Shown here: positions 26,199 to 35,980 of the stretch, one piece after another
How the letters are laid out: every line of letters starts with the position of its first letter
How positions within the stretch are numbered: the stretch's first letter is position 1
Assembly: GCF_017348835.2 (NCBI RefSeq)
Contig: NZ_CP072313.1
DNA length: 36,351 bases
From: Escherichia coli
GTDB lineage: Bacteria; Pseudomonadota; Gammaproteobacteria; Enterobacterales; Enterobacteriaceae
Direction: 5' to 3' (one strand)
Notes under the pieces: generated by a model
Told to the model about the DNA's origin: nothing
The model's input: the letters and a program-made list of their open reading frames with translations, nothing else
Database searches by the model: none
Position numbers and translations under genes: made by a program

Positions 26199-26786
26199 AT
26201 GTACCTACATATTGTCCCTAAACTTTTTCATCGCATGGCGAACAAATGCACTCTAAAATCCATCTCCATACCTGAACTTGATTTAATAATTGATGGCGAA
26301 TCATTGTCTGTAGGGAGGCCGTGGCCTAACAAATGTTTGTGGGTTGGAATGCGGAAAAGCAGAAAGGCAGTTAATGGACTTCTTTTGCATACAGATAAAA
26401 AACTAAGATGGTTCACTACCAGATATACCTGGGATATTGAAGATATGGGATTAATTCATCATCAGGTTAATACTTATATTGAAGATAATGAATTTGATAT
26501 GGTATCACAGGAAATTCTCTTAAATGGTTCTTTTGATAAGTGGAGTGACAGGGTGCATTCAGCTTATGAAGGTAAGCCTCCAGCAATAATCCAGCCCAAA
26601 ATGGAATCATTTTTAAAAAGACCAGGTGAAGACAGTCATGATATGTGGGAGGAGTTCGAGTGGGGTAACTTCCTCATATCAAGAGAAGAAAGCCTTTTAC
26701 TTCACACTATTCAGTCTGAACGATTGAATACAGATTGTTCTTTATTCAAAAGACAACCGTCTATTGAAAGTGCATTAGTTATATAA
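26199..26786 (+). CDS. hypothetical protein (start taken at ATG 26199; the ORF track starts at TTG 26169)
   Basis: AGGAAA Shine-Dalgarno 8 nt before the ATG; no family recognised. Confidence 0.5.
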   Translation: MYLHIVPKLFHRMANKCTLKSISIPELDLIIDGESLSVGRPWPNKCLWVGMRKSRKAVNGLLLHTDKKLRWFTTRYTWDIEDMGLIHHQVNTYIEDNEFDMVSQEILLNGSFDKWSDRVHSAYEGKPPAIIQPKMESFLKRPGEDSHDMWEEFEWGNFLISREESLLLHTIQSERLNTDCSLFKRQPSIESALVI

Positions 26787-26810
26787 ATCAGATACTCTTT
26801 GGTGGTTATT

Positions 26811-27386
26811 ATGCAATATGCATTGTTTGATGGATTTGAACGAAAGTTTTTGCTGGATGCTCTTGAATTTGGTGTTCTGAAGGACTGGAAAAAAAATCCG
26901 GTAAAAGAACTTCCTGATATTGATGAATCTGTTCACCCCTTCCATGTCTGCTATGGTGGATATTTATTAAATCCTAGTGTTTCAGATTCTGATATTAGCA
27001 GAAAAATAAAAGACCAGACAGGATTCTGGCTGGCAGCTATTGATGACACCCGCATGGATTGTCATTCAATAGCTTATTATGATATTCACACACTCCCTAT
27101 GATTTCGTGTGGTCATCAGAAGATAGTTCCTTTTGCCGCGTTAATAAAAGCTGATGAATGCATCATTTCAAAAATTGCTTCGTATTCTGGTTTTGCTGTA
27201 ACAGCCTTTTTGAGAATTAAAGACTGGGATATTGCAACTAATATACTTAACCGTGAGGGAATTTTTGCCTTTAATGGCTGTGAGCGCAGATTCAAACAAC
27301 CTGTAAGTGAAGATAACTGGCAACAGGAAGTATCAGAAGAACGCGCTATCCGTTGTGCCAAAAGATTAATTCAATGTAAAGGATAA
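26811..27386 (+). CDS. hypothetical protein (start taken at ATG 26811; the ORF track starts at TTG 26799)
   Basis: GGTGG Shine-Dalgarno 5 nt before the ATG; ends 4 nt before topB. Confidence 0.5.
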   Translation: MQYALFDGFERKFLLDALEFGVLKDWKKNPVKELPDIDESVHPFHVCYGGYLLNPSVSDSDISRKIKDQTGFWLAAIDDTRMDCHSIAYYDIHTLPMISCGHQKIVPFAALIKADECIISKIASYSGFAVTAFLRIKDWDIATNILNREGIFAFNGCERRFKQPVSEDNWQQEVSEERAIRCAKRLIQCKG

Positions 27387-27390
27387 CAAA

Positions 27391-29553
27391 ATGAAACTTT
27401 TTATTGCAGAAAAACCCGCAGTAGCAAATGATATTGTTAAGGCTCTTGGGGGCAATTTCACCCGTCATGATGGCTGGTTTGAAAGTGATAATGCCATTGT
27501 GACTAACTGCTTTGGTCATATTATCGAATCACAGCCACCGGAAAACTATAATCCTGATTACAAAGCCTGGAAAGTTGAAACACTCCCTTTACGTCTTTAC
27601 CCCGTCAAATATCAGCCAGTAGAAAGTGCCGCAAAGCAGGTTAACACAATTCTTGAGCTTATCAGACGTGGAGACGTGACTGAAATTGTTCATGCTGGCG
27701 ACCCTGATGAAGAAGGTCAGCTACTTGTTGATGAAGTTCTGGAATATGCGGGGAACACAAAACCCGTTAAGCGCGTTCTGATTAACGACAACACGCTTCC
27801 GGCAGTGAAAAAGGCACTGGCAAATCTTAAAGATAATCGTGATTTCAAAGGGCTTTACCTTAAGGCGCTGGCGCGTTCAGTTGCTGATGCCGTCTATGGC
27901 TTCTCTATGACGCGTGCTTACACAATCCCGGCAAAAACTAAAGGCTATAAAGGTGTTTTGTCTGTCGGACGGGTCCAGACACCCGTGCTTGGCCTGATTG
28001 TGAATCGTACCCGCGCTAACCAGAACCATAAATCCAGTTTTTACTACACCATGACCGGAGTCTTTCAGCGTGGTGCTGATGTTATCAGGGCGAACTGGAA
28101 GCCAGGGGAATTTGCTCCGCTGACAGACCGTAAATTACTTGATAAAGCGTGGGCAGACGGAACGGCAGCATCCCTTGCAGGAAAACCGGCTACAGTTGAA
28201 GCGGCAGCAACTGATGATAAAAAAACGGCTGCGCCGTTGCCGTTTAACCTGGTCAGACTCCAGCAATACATGAACAAGAAGTTCAAAATGACGGCACAAA
28301 AAACGCTGGATATTACGCAACAACTACGCGAAAAATATAAAGCAATTACTTATAACCGCTCTGATTGCTCATATCTTTCTGATGAACAATTCAGCGAAGC
28401 GCCGCAGGTTATCGATGCCCTGAAATCAGTCTTTCCTCAGTCGCTGGATATTGATTCTGCACGTAAAAGCAAAGCGTTTAACAGTGCAAAGGTGACTGCG
28501 CATACTGCGATAATCCCGACCGCCAGTGTGCCTGATGTTAACGCACTCAGCACCGACGAGCGCAATGTTTACCTGGCGATCGCACAACACTATCTTGTTC
28601 AGTTCATGCCTGAAAAAGCATACCAGGAAGTATCGGTTGCCATTCAGTGTGGTGATGAGTCGTTCTATGCCCGTGCCAGAAAAACAACTGACAGCGGATT
28701 TGAGGCGTTTCTTGGCGCGGAAACCACAGACGAAGGTGAATCAGAAGATAATGATGATTCCGCTTTTGAACAGCTTTGCAAAATTCGCACTGGTGAAACA
28801 CTGACAACAAAAGAAGTTGTTGTTAATGAGAAGAAAACAACACCGCCGCCGTTATTCACCGAAGCCTCCTTGCTTGCTGCGCTTGTTCGTGTCGCGGATT
28901 TTGTCACTGATCCAGTGATTAAAAAATTACTGAAGGATAAGGATAAAGACAAAAAAGATGAACATGGCGGTATTGGTACGCCAGCTACACGCGCTGCCAT
29001 TCTGGAAGCGCTGAAGAAGAGAAATTATATCACGCTGGAAAAAGGGAAACTTATTCCGACGGATACCGGATGTGCGCTTATTGATGCCCTACCAGGTATA
29101 GCGGTTAATCCTGATATGACAGCATTATGGTCTGAAAAACAGTCTGCCATTGAAAATGGCGACCTGACGGTTGAACAGTTTATTAATGATCTGTACGGTG
29201 AACTGACAGGCATGATTTCTGATGTTGACCTGGGCGAAATGAAAATTGAACCCGCAGCGCCAGCCGGACAATCTCCACGCCTGAGTTCTCCCTGCCCTTC
29301 CTGTGGTAAAGCGATTATTATCAGACCAAAAGGTTATTTCTGTACAGGATGTGAATTTAAAATCTGGAAAAATTTTTCTGGTAAAGCATTATCCGATAAG
29401 CAAGTGGAAACACTTGTTACAAAAGGTATTACCGGAGAATTAAAAGGATTTGTTAGTTCAAAAACGAATAAGAATTTCTCGGCTAAGGTTAAACTTGTTG
29501 ATAAAACGGCCGGAAAGCTGGGATTTGAATTTACCCACAAAAAATCAATATAG
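27391..29553 (+). CDS. topB: DNA topoisomerase III (TopB)
   Basis: 720 aa; Toprim-type N-terminus MKLFIAEKP; C-terminal zinc-ribbon Cys pairs (CPSCGK...CTGCEFK). Confidence 0.9.
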   Translation: MKLFIAEKPAVANDIVKALGGNFTRHDGWFESDNAIVTNCFGHIIESQPPENYNPDYKAWKVETLPLRLYPVKYQPVESAAKQVNTILELIRRGDVTEIVHAGDPDEEGQLLVDEVLEYAGNTKPVKRVLINDNTLPAVKKALANLKDNRDFKGLYLKALARSVADAVYGFSMTRAYTIPAKTKGYKGVLSVGRVQTPVLGLIVNRTRANQNHKSSFYYTMTGVFQRGADVIRANWKPGEFAPLTDRKLLDKAWADGTAASLAGKPATVEAAATDDKKTAAPLPFNLVRLQQYMNKKFKMTAQKTLDITQQLREKYKAITYNRSDCSYLSDEQFSEAPQVIDALKSVFPQSLDIDSARKSKAFNSAKVTAHTAIIPTASVPDVNALSTDERNVYLAIAQHYLVQFMPEKAYQEVSVAIQCGDESFYARARKTTDSGFEAFLGAETTDEGESEDNDDSAFEQLCKIRTGETLTTKEVVVNEKKTTPPPLFTEASLLAALVRVADFVTDPVIKKLLKDKDKDKKDEHGGIGTPATRAAILEALKKRNYITLEKGKLIPTDTGCALIDALPGIAVNPDMTALWSEKQSAIENGDLTVEQFINDLYGELTGMISDVDLGEMKIEPAAPAGQSPRLSSPCPSCGKAIIIRPKGYFCTGCEFKIWKNFSGKALSDKQVETLVTKGITGELKGFVSSKTNKNFSAKVKLVDKTAGKLGFEFTHKKSI

Positions 29554-29684
29554 TATCTAATGACACGTCTGAAGTATCCGATTAACCAGGGGTGGTTTGT
29601 CGACTTTAGATTGTGCCATATATGGAGTTGTTAGAAGAAAAGGGACTTCCTCCGGTCGGAGCCACCAACTCAAGGCCGGAAAAC

Positions 29685-29716
29685 AAAAAAGCCCGATTAC
29701 CAGTCGGGCTTTTTTG
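29685..29716. terminator. bidirectional rho-independent terminator between convergent topB and relaxase genes
   Basis: AAAAAA-AGCCCGA-TTACCAG-TCGGGCT-TTTTTT; works on both strands. Confidence 0.6.
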
Positions 29717-29723
29717 TTTCTGA

Positions 29724-32700
29724 TTAACGGGACCGCGTGTTATCCCTGTTTCTTTCCCGTTCACGCTCATTTTTCAAAGCGTTGTCATAACTCACTATTT
29801 CACGCTTCACGGCCTCTACCGTTTCAGGTTTTTTCATTGCTGCCTTGAGATCGTTTACATCCTCAAAACGTATGAATTTGAGCGTATCTTTGACTGTTTG
29901 TTTGTCAATATTCATTTCCTTCGCCAGTTGCTTAGAAATTCGCTCAATTTCTCTTTCCATCGCTTTTTCACTATTGACAGTCCGCTTTTTCTTTTCTGTA
30001 GTATTCTCGTTTTTTTCCTCGACTGATTTAGCTTTTTTCTGCCCTTGTTGTTCCTCAAAGGCTTTAATCTGTTCATTAATCGTCTGAGCACGGGCCGAAA
30101 TACTGTTAACCCCTTTCGAAAGCAGATCAACCTCTTCTTTCGGCGCACCATTTTCTACAGCTTCATTCAGTAAACGCTGGGCTTCCTGGTGCTGGCTGGC
30201 AATAACTTTTGCCTCTTCCTGTAGCTGCTGTAGCGATGCGTTATTTTGCTGATGAGGATTTTCAGTGGCTAACGCGGATTTGCTTTGCTCATCTCCGGTC
30301 TGTTTATCCTGACCAGTAGTCACGTCTTTCTCTGTTACCGGCTTCTGTTGCTGCGCTTCTTGTGGCTGCTGCTCGCGTTCTTCAGAATGAGCCGAAACGT
30401 TCTGCTGCACAGACTCCTGTTTTTCCGCTTCCTGTACCACGGATGTTTCAGACGTGGATTTTTGAGAAACAGTTTCTGACTTAACAGGCTGTTCCGGCAC
30501 TGCATCACGCGATTTATCATCATTATGTACAGATTCCGCTACTTCGGGCGTTCTTTCCTTAGCCTGGGTGTCTTTCTCGACTGAATTAACCTGCTCTGCT
30601 CTCTTTTCCTGCTCCTGTTCTGGTTTCTGTCCGGCGACTTGTTGCTGACGCTCTGCCTCGACGCTGTTTTCATGTCCATGTTCAGCTTTCAGTTCCTGGA
30701 GGCGGACCTGCATCATTTCATGATATTTTTCAGGTCGCAGAATAACATTCATCCCCTTCTCGGCTGCCGCCATTGCACAGGCTACCTTAAATTCTTCCGA
30801 GCCATTGAGTTTCAGCATCCCACCAAATTTCTCTTTTGCATAAAGAAGGGCTGCTTCAGCTTTATCCTGGGTAATTTCACCATTTACACGAACATGATTT
30901 CCTTTATCAGTGAAAACAGTCTGTGTTGTCTTCGGATCAAGGTAACGCGTTTCTTTTGGGCTGACCTTATGAGGAACAAGATCGGTTAGTTCACGTTTTA
31001 CATAATCCTGAACTTGCTGGGATTGCTGTACTCGCTTAACTACGCTGAAAACTTCCTTTTCATTACCGGAAGAAATGCTGTTTCCATCAACCGGATTACG
31101 GATTATCTTTTTTAAAGAATCACCTAAAGCCATATCATATCTCCTGTCTGGATTCCAACGGTGATAGTATGAGTTTATTTCGCGAAAACATGCCTTTCGA
31201 ATTGAGTTTATTTCACTCTCTCTTTCCAGCTTTTTAAATATAATGTACCCTCTAGCAACCTCCCGTTCCTGCTTGTTTCTTATCGCCAGAAGCCCTCTGA
31301 GTTCTGCCCTGTAATTAGCTATATTATCATTATGCTTATATTTAATCTCATTATTTACCCAACCTTTATGTTCATTTAAACAAATAAATCTTTCTTTTGC
31401 CTGTTGACGCGTAAGATTTACACGGGTAATAACAGCATCAAAAGGTTTGTTATCTTTCTGATCCTGCCAGATATCAAGTAATACCTCTTTTGCCTCATCC
31501 CATTCAAGATTCAGATGTTTAGTTAAAAAATCACTGGCATTCATATTTCGATTGCCAACTCTGAAACGCGGAGATCCATCCTGTCCATAGGTGACAGTAT
31601 GCTTTGATGGATCTATGTTAAAGCGTGTTTGCAGATTGGACAAATAACGTTCAGCATTAATTTCTGTGCGAATTTGTTTCAAAAAAGGTAAATCATCACT
31701 GCGCTGAATCGCCGCTTTAATATTTGATTCAAGCGCTGACTGAACTACTCTTCTTCCTGCTCTATCCTGCAACCGTCGCACATATCGATCTGGATCGACT
31801 TTTTGTCGTCCAGCCGTTGATAAATAACCGTATTCATTTTGCTGCAATAACAACTGAGATTTATTAATGCTTTTCCCACCTGATCTTCCGTGAAGTCCGT
31901 AAACCAGTTTGCGTGCTGGCAGACGTGGCAATCCGATTGTCTTACCGGATACAAACTTTCCGGTATTGTATTTAATACCGGACTGGTCACTATTCTGTCG
32001 TCGGTCCTGTCTTTGAAGGTTGTGTTTTTCGTCATAACGATTAATTACCTTTTTCAGATACATTTGCTTATCTTCACCAGCAAGTGCTGCATATTCTTTA
32101 CGAATTTTTTGCCCTGCCGGATGAATATGTTTTATCTCATGACTGATCGAACTCTTCCAGTCTTTCAGATGACTCTCAATCTGCGTCTTTGTGGGTTTTA
32201 AAAGTGGTATAGTTCGATCAGAGATATACTGACGTGAAAATAAAGGGCTTTTGAGTCGAGTAAATTTAGAGTCTCCTTCGAGCTTCACACCAAAGTAGCG
32301 ATCAGACTTCCCCTTATTATACTCCTTTACCTCACCAAAACGGGAAAGATAATCAGAAAATTGTTTCTCTGTTCGGATATTCTCTGTATCCAGCGCATCA
32401 AAAACCGTGGTTTTAAACTCACTGTGCCGCTCACGGTAAAAATCGCCTTTAGCCCTGGATAATACATTAGCGTGGTTATGGTCACTGACTCTGACACCAT
32501 CTTTAGGAGAAACAAGATTGTATTTATTATTAATGTGCTCCTGTATGGCATCAAGATGTTTCAAATAATGGTTAATAACTCCCCCAGGATTTAGTTTATT
32601 TCCTGTCACCAGATTAACTTCAGGGATAACAATGTGAATGTGAGGCTTACGCTCAACCATTTCTCCTGTTTTATGATCAGGCATCTGTTTTATTTTTGGA

Positions 32701-33011
32701 AGATGCGCTTCCGCATAAAAATTATATTCATCTTCATGATAAGCGTTCATCATGAGAGACTTGTATTCCTGGACTACATCATGCAACTTTGATTCAGAAA
32801 CATCATCTTCAAAAAAGGATAACGTAATATGCATATAGCGCTCTTGACCATTATCAGGTATCGCGTCAATAACTGATTCAGTCAATGCCAGATCGCCATC
32901 CAGAACTAATCGATGGTCAATTTCATCTCGGGTATATTCCCTTCCTTGCTTATGACCTTTTTCAAGGTATTCGCATACCCCCTTATTGCCACCGCTGATT
33001 CTGACTAACAT
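29724..33011 (-). CDS. conjugative relaxase (TaxC/MOB-type) with long Q/E/K-rich C-terminal extension
   Basis: 1095 aa; histidine-triad motif HIHIVIPEVN in the N-terminal domain; adjacent to the accessory gene and putative oriT. Confidence 0.85.
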   Translation of the reverse strand: MLVRISGGNKGVCEYLEKGHKQGREYTRDEIDHRLVLDGDLALTESVIDAIPDNGQERYMHITLSFFEDDVSESKLHDVVQEYKSLMMNAYHEDEYNFYAEAHLPKIKQMPDHKTGEMVERKPHIHIVIPEVNLVTGNKLNPGGVINHYLKHLDAIQEHINNKYNLVSPKDGVRVSDHNHANVLSRAKGDFYRERHSEFKTTVFDALDTENIRTEKQFSDYLSRFGEVKEYNKGKSDRYFGVKLEGDSKFTRLKSPLFSRQYISDRTIPLLKPTKTQIESHLKDWKSSISHEIKHIHPAGQKIRKEYAALAGEDKQMYLKKVINRYDEKHNLQRQDRRQNSDQSGIKYNTGKFVSGKTIGLPRLPARKLVYGLHGRSGGKSINKSQLLLQQNEYGYLSTAGRQKVDPDRYVRRLQDRAGRRVVQSALESNIKAAIQRSDDLPFLKQIRTEINAERYLSNLQTRFNIDPSKHTVTYGQDGSPRFRVGNRNMNASDFLTKHLNLEWDEAKEVLLDIWQDQKDNKPFDAVITRVNLTRQQAKERFICLNEHKGWVNNEIKYKHNDNIANYRAELRGLLAIRNKQEREVARGYIIFKKLERESEINSIRKACFREINSYYHRWNPDRRYDMALGDSLKKIIRNPVDGNSISSGNEKEVFSVVKRVQQSQQVQDYVKRELTDLVPHKVSPKETRYLDPKTTQTVFTDKGNHVRVNGEITQDKAEAALLYAKEKFGGMLKLNGSEEFKVACAMAAAEKGMNVILRPEKYHEMMQVRLQELKAEHGHENSVEAERQQQVAGQKPEQEQEKRAEQVNSVEKDTQAKERTPEVAESVHNDDKSRDAVPEQPVKSETVSQKSTSETSVVQEAEKQESVQQNVSAHSEEREQQPQEAQQQKPVTEKDVTTGQDKQTGDEQSKSALATENPHQQNNASLQQLQEEAKVIASQHQEAQRLLNEAVENGAPKEEVDLLSKGVNSISARAQTINEQIKAFEEQQGQKKAKSVEEKNENTTEKKKRTVNSEKAMEREIERISKQLAKEMNIDKQTVKDTLKFIRFEDVNDLKAAMKKPETVEAVKREIVSYDNALKNERERERNRDNTRSR

Positions 33012-33409
33012 TTATTAATCCCTGCAACAAACGCATCACGAATATTAACAAGAACATTAAGATAGCGTAAATATGTACTTTCTGAAATAAAACCATTGCG
33101 ATATTCTGTGTTAATTTTTTTGGCTATCTGATTAATATTATTGCTTGACTTATTAAAAAGTCTGAGTAATTCTCTGTATTCAACTGGACGTTTTTGTTTC
33201 AAAGTCGGAATATCATCCAGACGATTCAGTATAACCATCCGAAAAAACTCACTACGACTGACTTCAAGAGATGTAAAATACTCATGAAATGACTGATATT
33301 CCTCATCAGTCAATCGCAGTGATATCACATGTTTTCTCTCCACCTTTGATGTGGAAGCTACAGCCTTTTTTCCTTTGTCTTGTTTTTTCATGGTTCGTAG
33401 AACCTCCAT
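33005..33409 (-). CDS. relaxosome accessory protein (TaxA-like, probable RHH DNA-binding)
   Basis: small basic protein immediately upstream of and overlapping the relaxase gene; start may be at ATG 33391. Confidence 0.6.
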   Translation of the reverse strand: MEVLRTMKKQDKGKKAVASTSKVERKHVISLRLTDEEYQSFHEYFTSLEVSRSEFFRMVILNRLDDIPTLKQKRPVEYRELLRLFNKSSNNINQIAKKINTEYRNGFISESTYLRYLNVLVNIRDAFVAGINKC

Positions 33410-33560
33410 ATAGCGACCTGGTTGTAGAGATATACTGGGGTATTAGGGGGAGATCCCCCTAAGCACGTCGATTATACCGGAATTTATTCCGTGTATACAT
33501 CGCTGTCGTGCCTGTGTCTTGTAGTAAGATCAATTGAACAAGTCACAAGCCCACATTACA
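33410..33560. other. putative origin of transfer (oriT)
   Basis: intergenic between divergent relaxase operon and stb-like genes; perfect inverted repeat TTAGGGGG-AGAT-CCCCCTAA at 33443-33462; second repeat CGGAAT-TTA-TTCCG nearby. Confidence 0.5.
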
Positions 33561-33700
33561 ACCTACACAACAACCCACACACAAAAGCATGAAGCCCACA
33601 AAACAACCCACACTTAAACCCACAAAAAAGACCACAAAACCTATTGACAACCCACACAACACCCCACATAATCACCCACACTAACGAAAAGCAAATTGAT
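33545..33700. repeat. array of about 9 CCCACA-containing direct repeats at about 10-12 bp spacing
   Basis: CCCACA recurs (agCCCACAtt, caaCCCACAcac, agCCCACAaaa, aaCCCACActt, aaCCCACAaaa, ...), upstream of the StbA-like gene. Confidence 0.6.
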
Positions 33701-33752
33701 TTAAATAAAGTACTGTGCCAATGTAGGAGGTATGAGAGAGGAAACATAACAA

Positions 33753-34154
33753 ATGAAAAAGATCGATAGTTTATTATCTCCAATATGCGAGACGATAAAA
33801 GAAACAAATTCAAAATCAAAACAGGCTGTCTTCAATATGTATTTATCGAACATACTTGAAGCAAAAAGTTATTATACATGGGAGCAAATAACAGATTACA
33901 TAAATAACAACACCAAGACAGAACTAGCCAAAAAGACTTATATGAACATGACAGAGAGAGCCAAAAAAAGGCAAAAATGCACTGAGCAAAAAGATCTAAG
34001 AAAAAGCACCAATATAATTGAAAAAAAAACAGATGAAGACAACAAACAAAGAGGGGGCGTAAAAGGATTTTTTTCAACAATCAGCGAGAACAAAAACGAA
34101 ATAGATCACGATCCAAGCGCAACCAATGAAAAATTTATAAACAAATATCTTTAA
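33753..34154 (+). CDS. basic Lys/Asn-rich protein, possible StbA-like DNA-binding protein
   Basis: position after the repeat array and before a ParA-like ATPase; GAGAGG Shine-Dalgarno. Confidence 0.45.
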   Translation: MKKIDSLLSPICETIKETNSKSKQAVFNMYLSNILEAKSYYTWEQITDYINNNTKTELAKKTYMNMTERAKKRQKCTEQKDLRKSTNIIEKKTDEDNKQRGGVKGFFSTISENKNEIDHDPSATNEKFINKYL

Positions 34155-34171
34155 GTAAAGGTGTATCATAA

Positions 34172-34927
34172 ATGAAAAACTCAATAAATTTTATCCTTCA
34201 AGGAAAAGGCGGTGTAGGAAAATCATTTACAACGGCAATACTAGCACAATACTTTATTGATGAAAAAAACATGGATAACGTCGTTGTAGGCGACACAGAT
34301 CCTGTAAATACAACTACAGTTAAAGTAAAAAGATTAAATGCTGATTTAATACAAATCACTGAAAACAGCAAAGTAGTCCAATCTAAATTCGATCCAATGT
34401 TCGAATCAATGCTAACTAATGGTCAAAATACATTTGTCATTGATAATGGTGCTTCTACATTTTTACCATTAATTCAGTATTTCAATGACAACTATGTAAT
34501 GGATATGTTTAACGAAGTTGAACAAGAAGTTTATATCCATACTATTATTGTTGGCGGTCAGGCACAAGCAGATACAATAGAAGGTTTTGAAGATCTTGTT
34601 AAACTAGTAAAAGGAACAAAAGTAAAAATAATAGTATGGATTAATGAATTTCAGGGTGCACCAGCACTTGAAAACATTCCTTTAATTAAAACTAAATTCA
34701 TTGAAAAAAATAAGGATGTCATCGCTGGAGTTGTGGTTATTCAGGACAGAAAAAGCGATGCCTTTGCTTCTGACATCAAAAATTTAACCGAAAAATCACT
34801 AACATTAAAAGAAGCCCTTGAATCAGAATATTTTGGATTAATGGCTAAATCTCGTCTCAAGCGAGTTTTTAACGATATATATGTGCAACTTGATTCAATC
34901 TATGACATGCAGCACACAGAAGCATAA
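34172..34927 (+). CDS. ParA/MinD-superfamily P-loop ATPase (StbB-like)
   Basis: deviant Walker A GKGGVGKS near the N-terminus; adjacent to putative oriT. Confidence 0.7.
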   Translation: MKNSINFILQGKGGVGKSFTTAILAQYFIDEKNMDNVVVGDTDPVNTTTVKVKRLNADLIQITENSKVVQSKFDPMFESMLTNGQNTFVIDNGASTFLPLIQYFNDNYVMDMFNEVEQEVYIHTIIVGGQAQADTIEGFEDLVKLVKGTKVKIIVWINEFQGAPALENIPLIKTKFIEKNKDVIAGVVVIQDRKSDAFASDIKNLTEKSLTLKEALESEYFGLMAKSRLKRVFNDIYVQLDSIYDMQHTEA

Positions 34928-34976
34928 GTGATTATATAACAGCCCTTATGGGCTGTTATATTCATGAGGACAAGTT

Positions 34977-35654
34977 ATGATTAATGATAAATCCTTTAAC
35001 ATTGAAAACATTATTTCTGATATTTTTAAAGAAACCAGATTAAAAATAAGTAAGGACGATCCTGTTTTAAGCATAGTACTAATGCATGAAAAAATACTCG
35101 AACATGCACTAACACAACTTAAAAACAGTAATCAAATAGCTACTGAAAGATTATCTCATGACATATCTTCAATAAGAGATGCAATCAACGCATTACCTGA
35201 AGCTATTGATGAAAAAACGTCAGAACTACAACATGCAGCAGTAGCACTTCATGACGAATTCCAGGAAAGCAAAGGAGAAATTAAAGGTTCTCTGGAAGAA
35301 GCACGAATTAATGCAACAGAGAAATTAGCAGAAAGTGCAAAAGAACTTCAATTAAACATTACAAAAGTTGCCGAAAAAACAACAGAAACAATAGACACAG
35401 TAAATAAAATAATAAGCAATATAGAAACCGAACTATATGACATAAATAAAAAAGCTCTACATGATTATGTAAAAGAGATTAAGTTAGTGGATGAAAAAAG
35501 AAAAAGTATAACAACTAACCTGGAAAGTGCAATTAATGACGCTTTCAAAAAAAGCGTAAAATCGTTTAAGTTTTATTGTAGCGCGGCATTAATTATTAGC
35601 ACTCTACTACAATTCACAATGTGGGGGTTCTTTCTATATAAGCTTCTGACCTGA
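34977..35654 (+). CDS. coiled-coil protein with C-terminal transmembrane anchor (225 aa)
   Basis: GAGGA Shine-Dalgarno; C-terminal hydrophobic segment AALIISTLLQFTMWGFFLY. Confidence 0.5.
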   Translation: MINDKSFNIENIISDIFKETRLKISKDDPVLSIVLMHEKILEHALTQLKNSNQIATERLSHDISSIRDAINALPEAIDEKTSELQHAAVALHDEFQESKGEIKGSLEEARINATEKLAESAKELQLNITKVAEKTTETIDTVNKIISNIETELYDINKKALHDYVKEIKLVDEKRKSITTNLESAINDAFKKSVKSFKFYCSAALIISTLLQFTMWGFFLYKLLT

Positions 35655-35860
35655 TGTTTTAAATGCCGCTTTAGCGGCATGGAAGGCGGCACTCTGTAGC
35701 TAAATGTGGTTTCGCTGGTTATCCGCCGAAGCCCCGCGCTAGCGGGTGCTGAATTCTATATTCTGAGGAACAGCGCTCGCGCCCCCTGCTAAGCCAAAAA
35801 CGCACGAAACCAACAGCCACTCGATTGTTTCTGGTCGAAGACTGACAATGTTAAAGCGAC
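35655..35860 (+). repeat. type-B structured element copy 4
   Basis: hairpin ATGCCGC-TTTA-GCGGCAT; starts at the stop of the upstream gene. Confidence 0.8.
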
Positions 35861-35980
35861 GTGACAAAAATATTTGAGCAACTACTCAAGAAAATTCGGT
35901 TTTGAAATTGAACAATGGTCTGATTTCACACCGACAATGCAATATTAATCTGCCGTTACAACGTCACTGAAACTCTGCTC

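Noticed and set aside
33556-33819. 87-aa minus-strand ORF across the CCCACA repeats
   Set aside because: The protein is a translation of tandem TGTGGG repeats (repetitive V/W/G/C sequence) and overlaps the start of the StbA-like gene; it is a repeat artefact.
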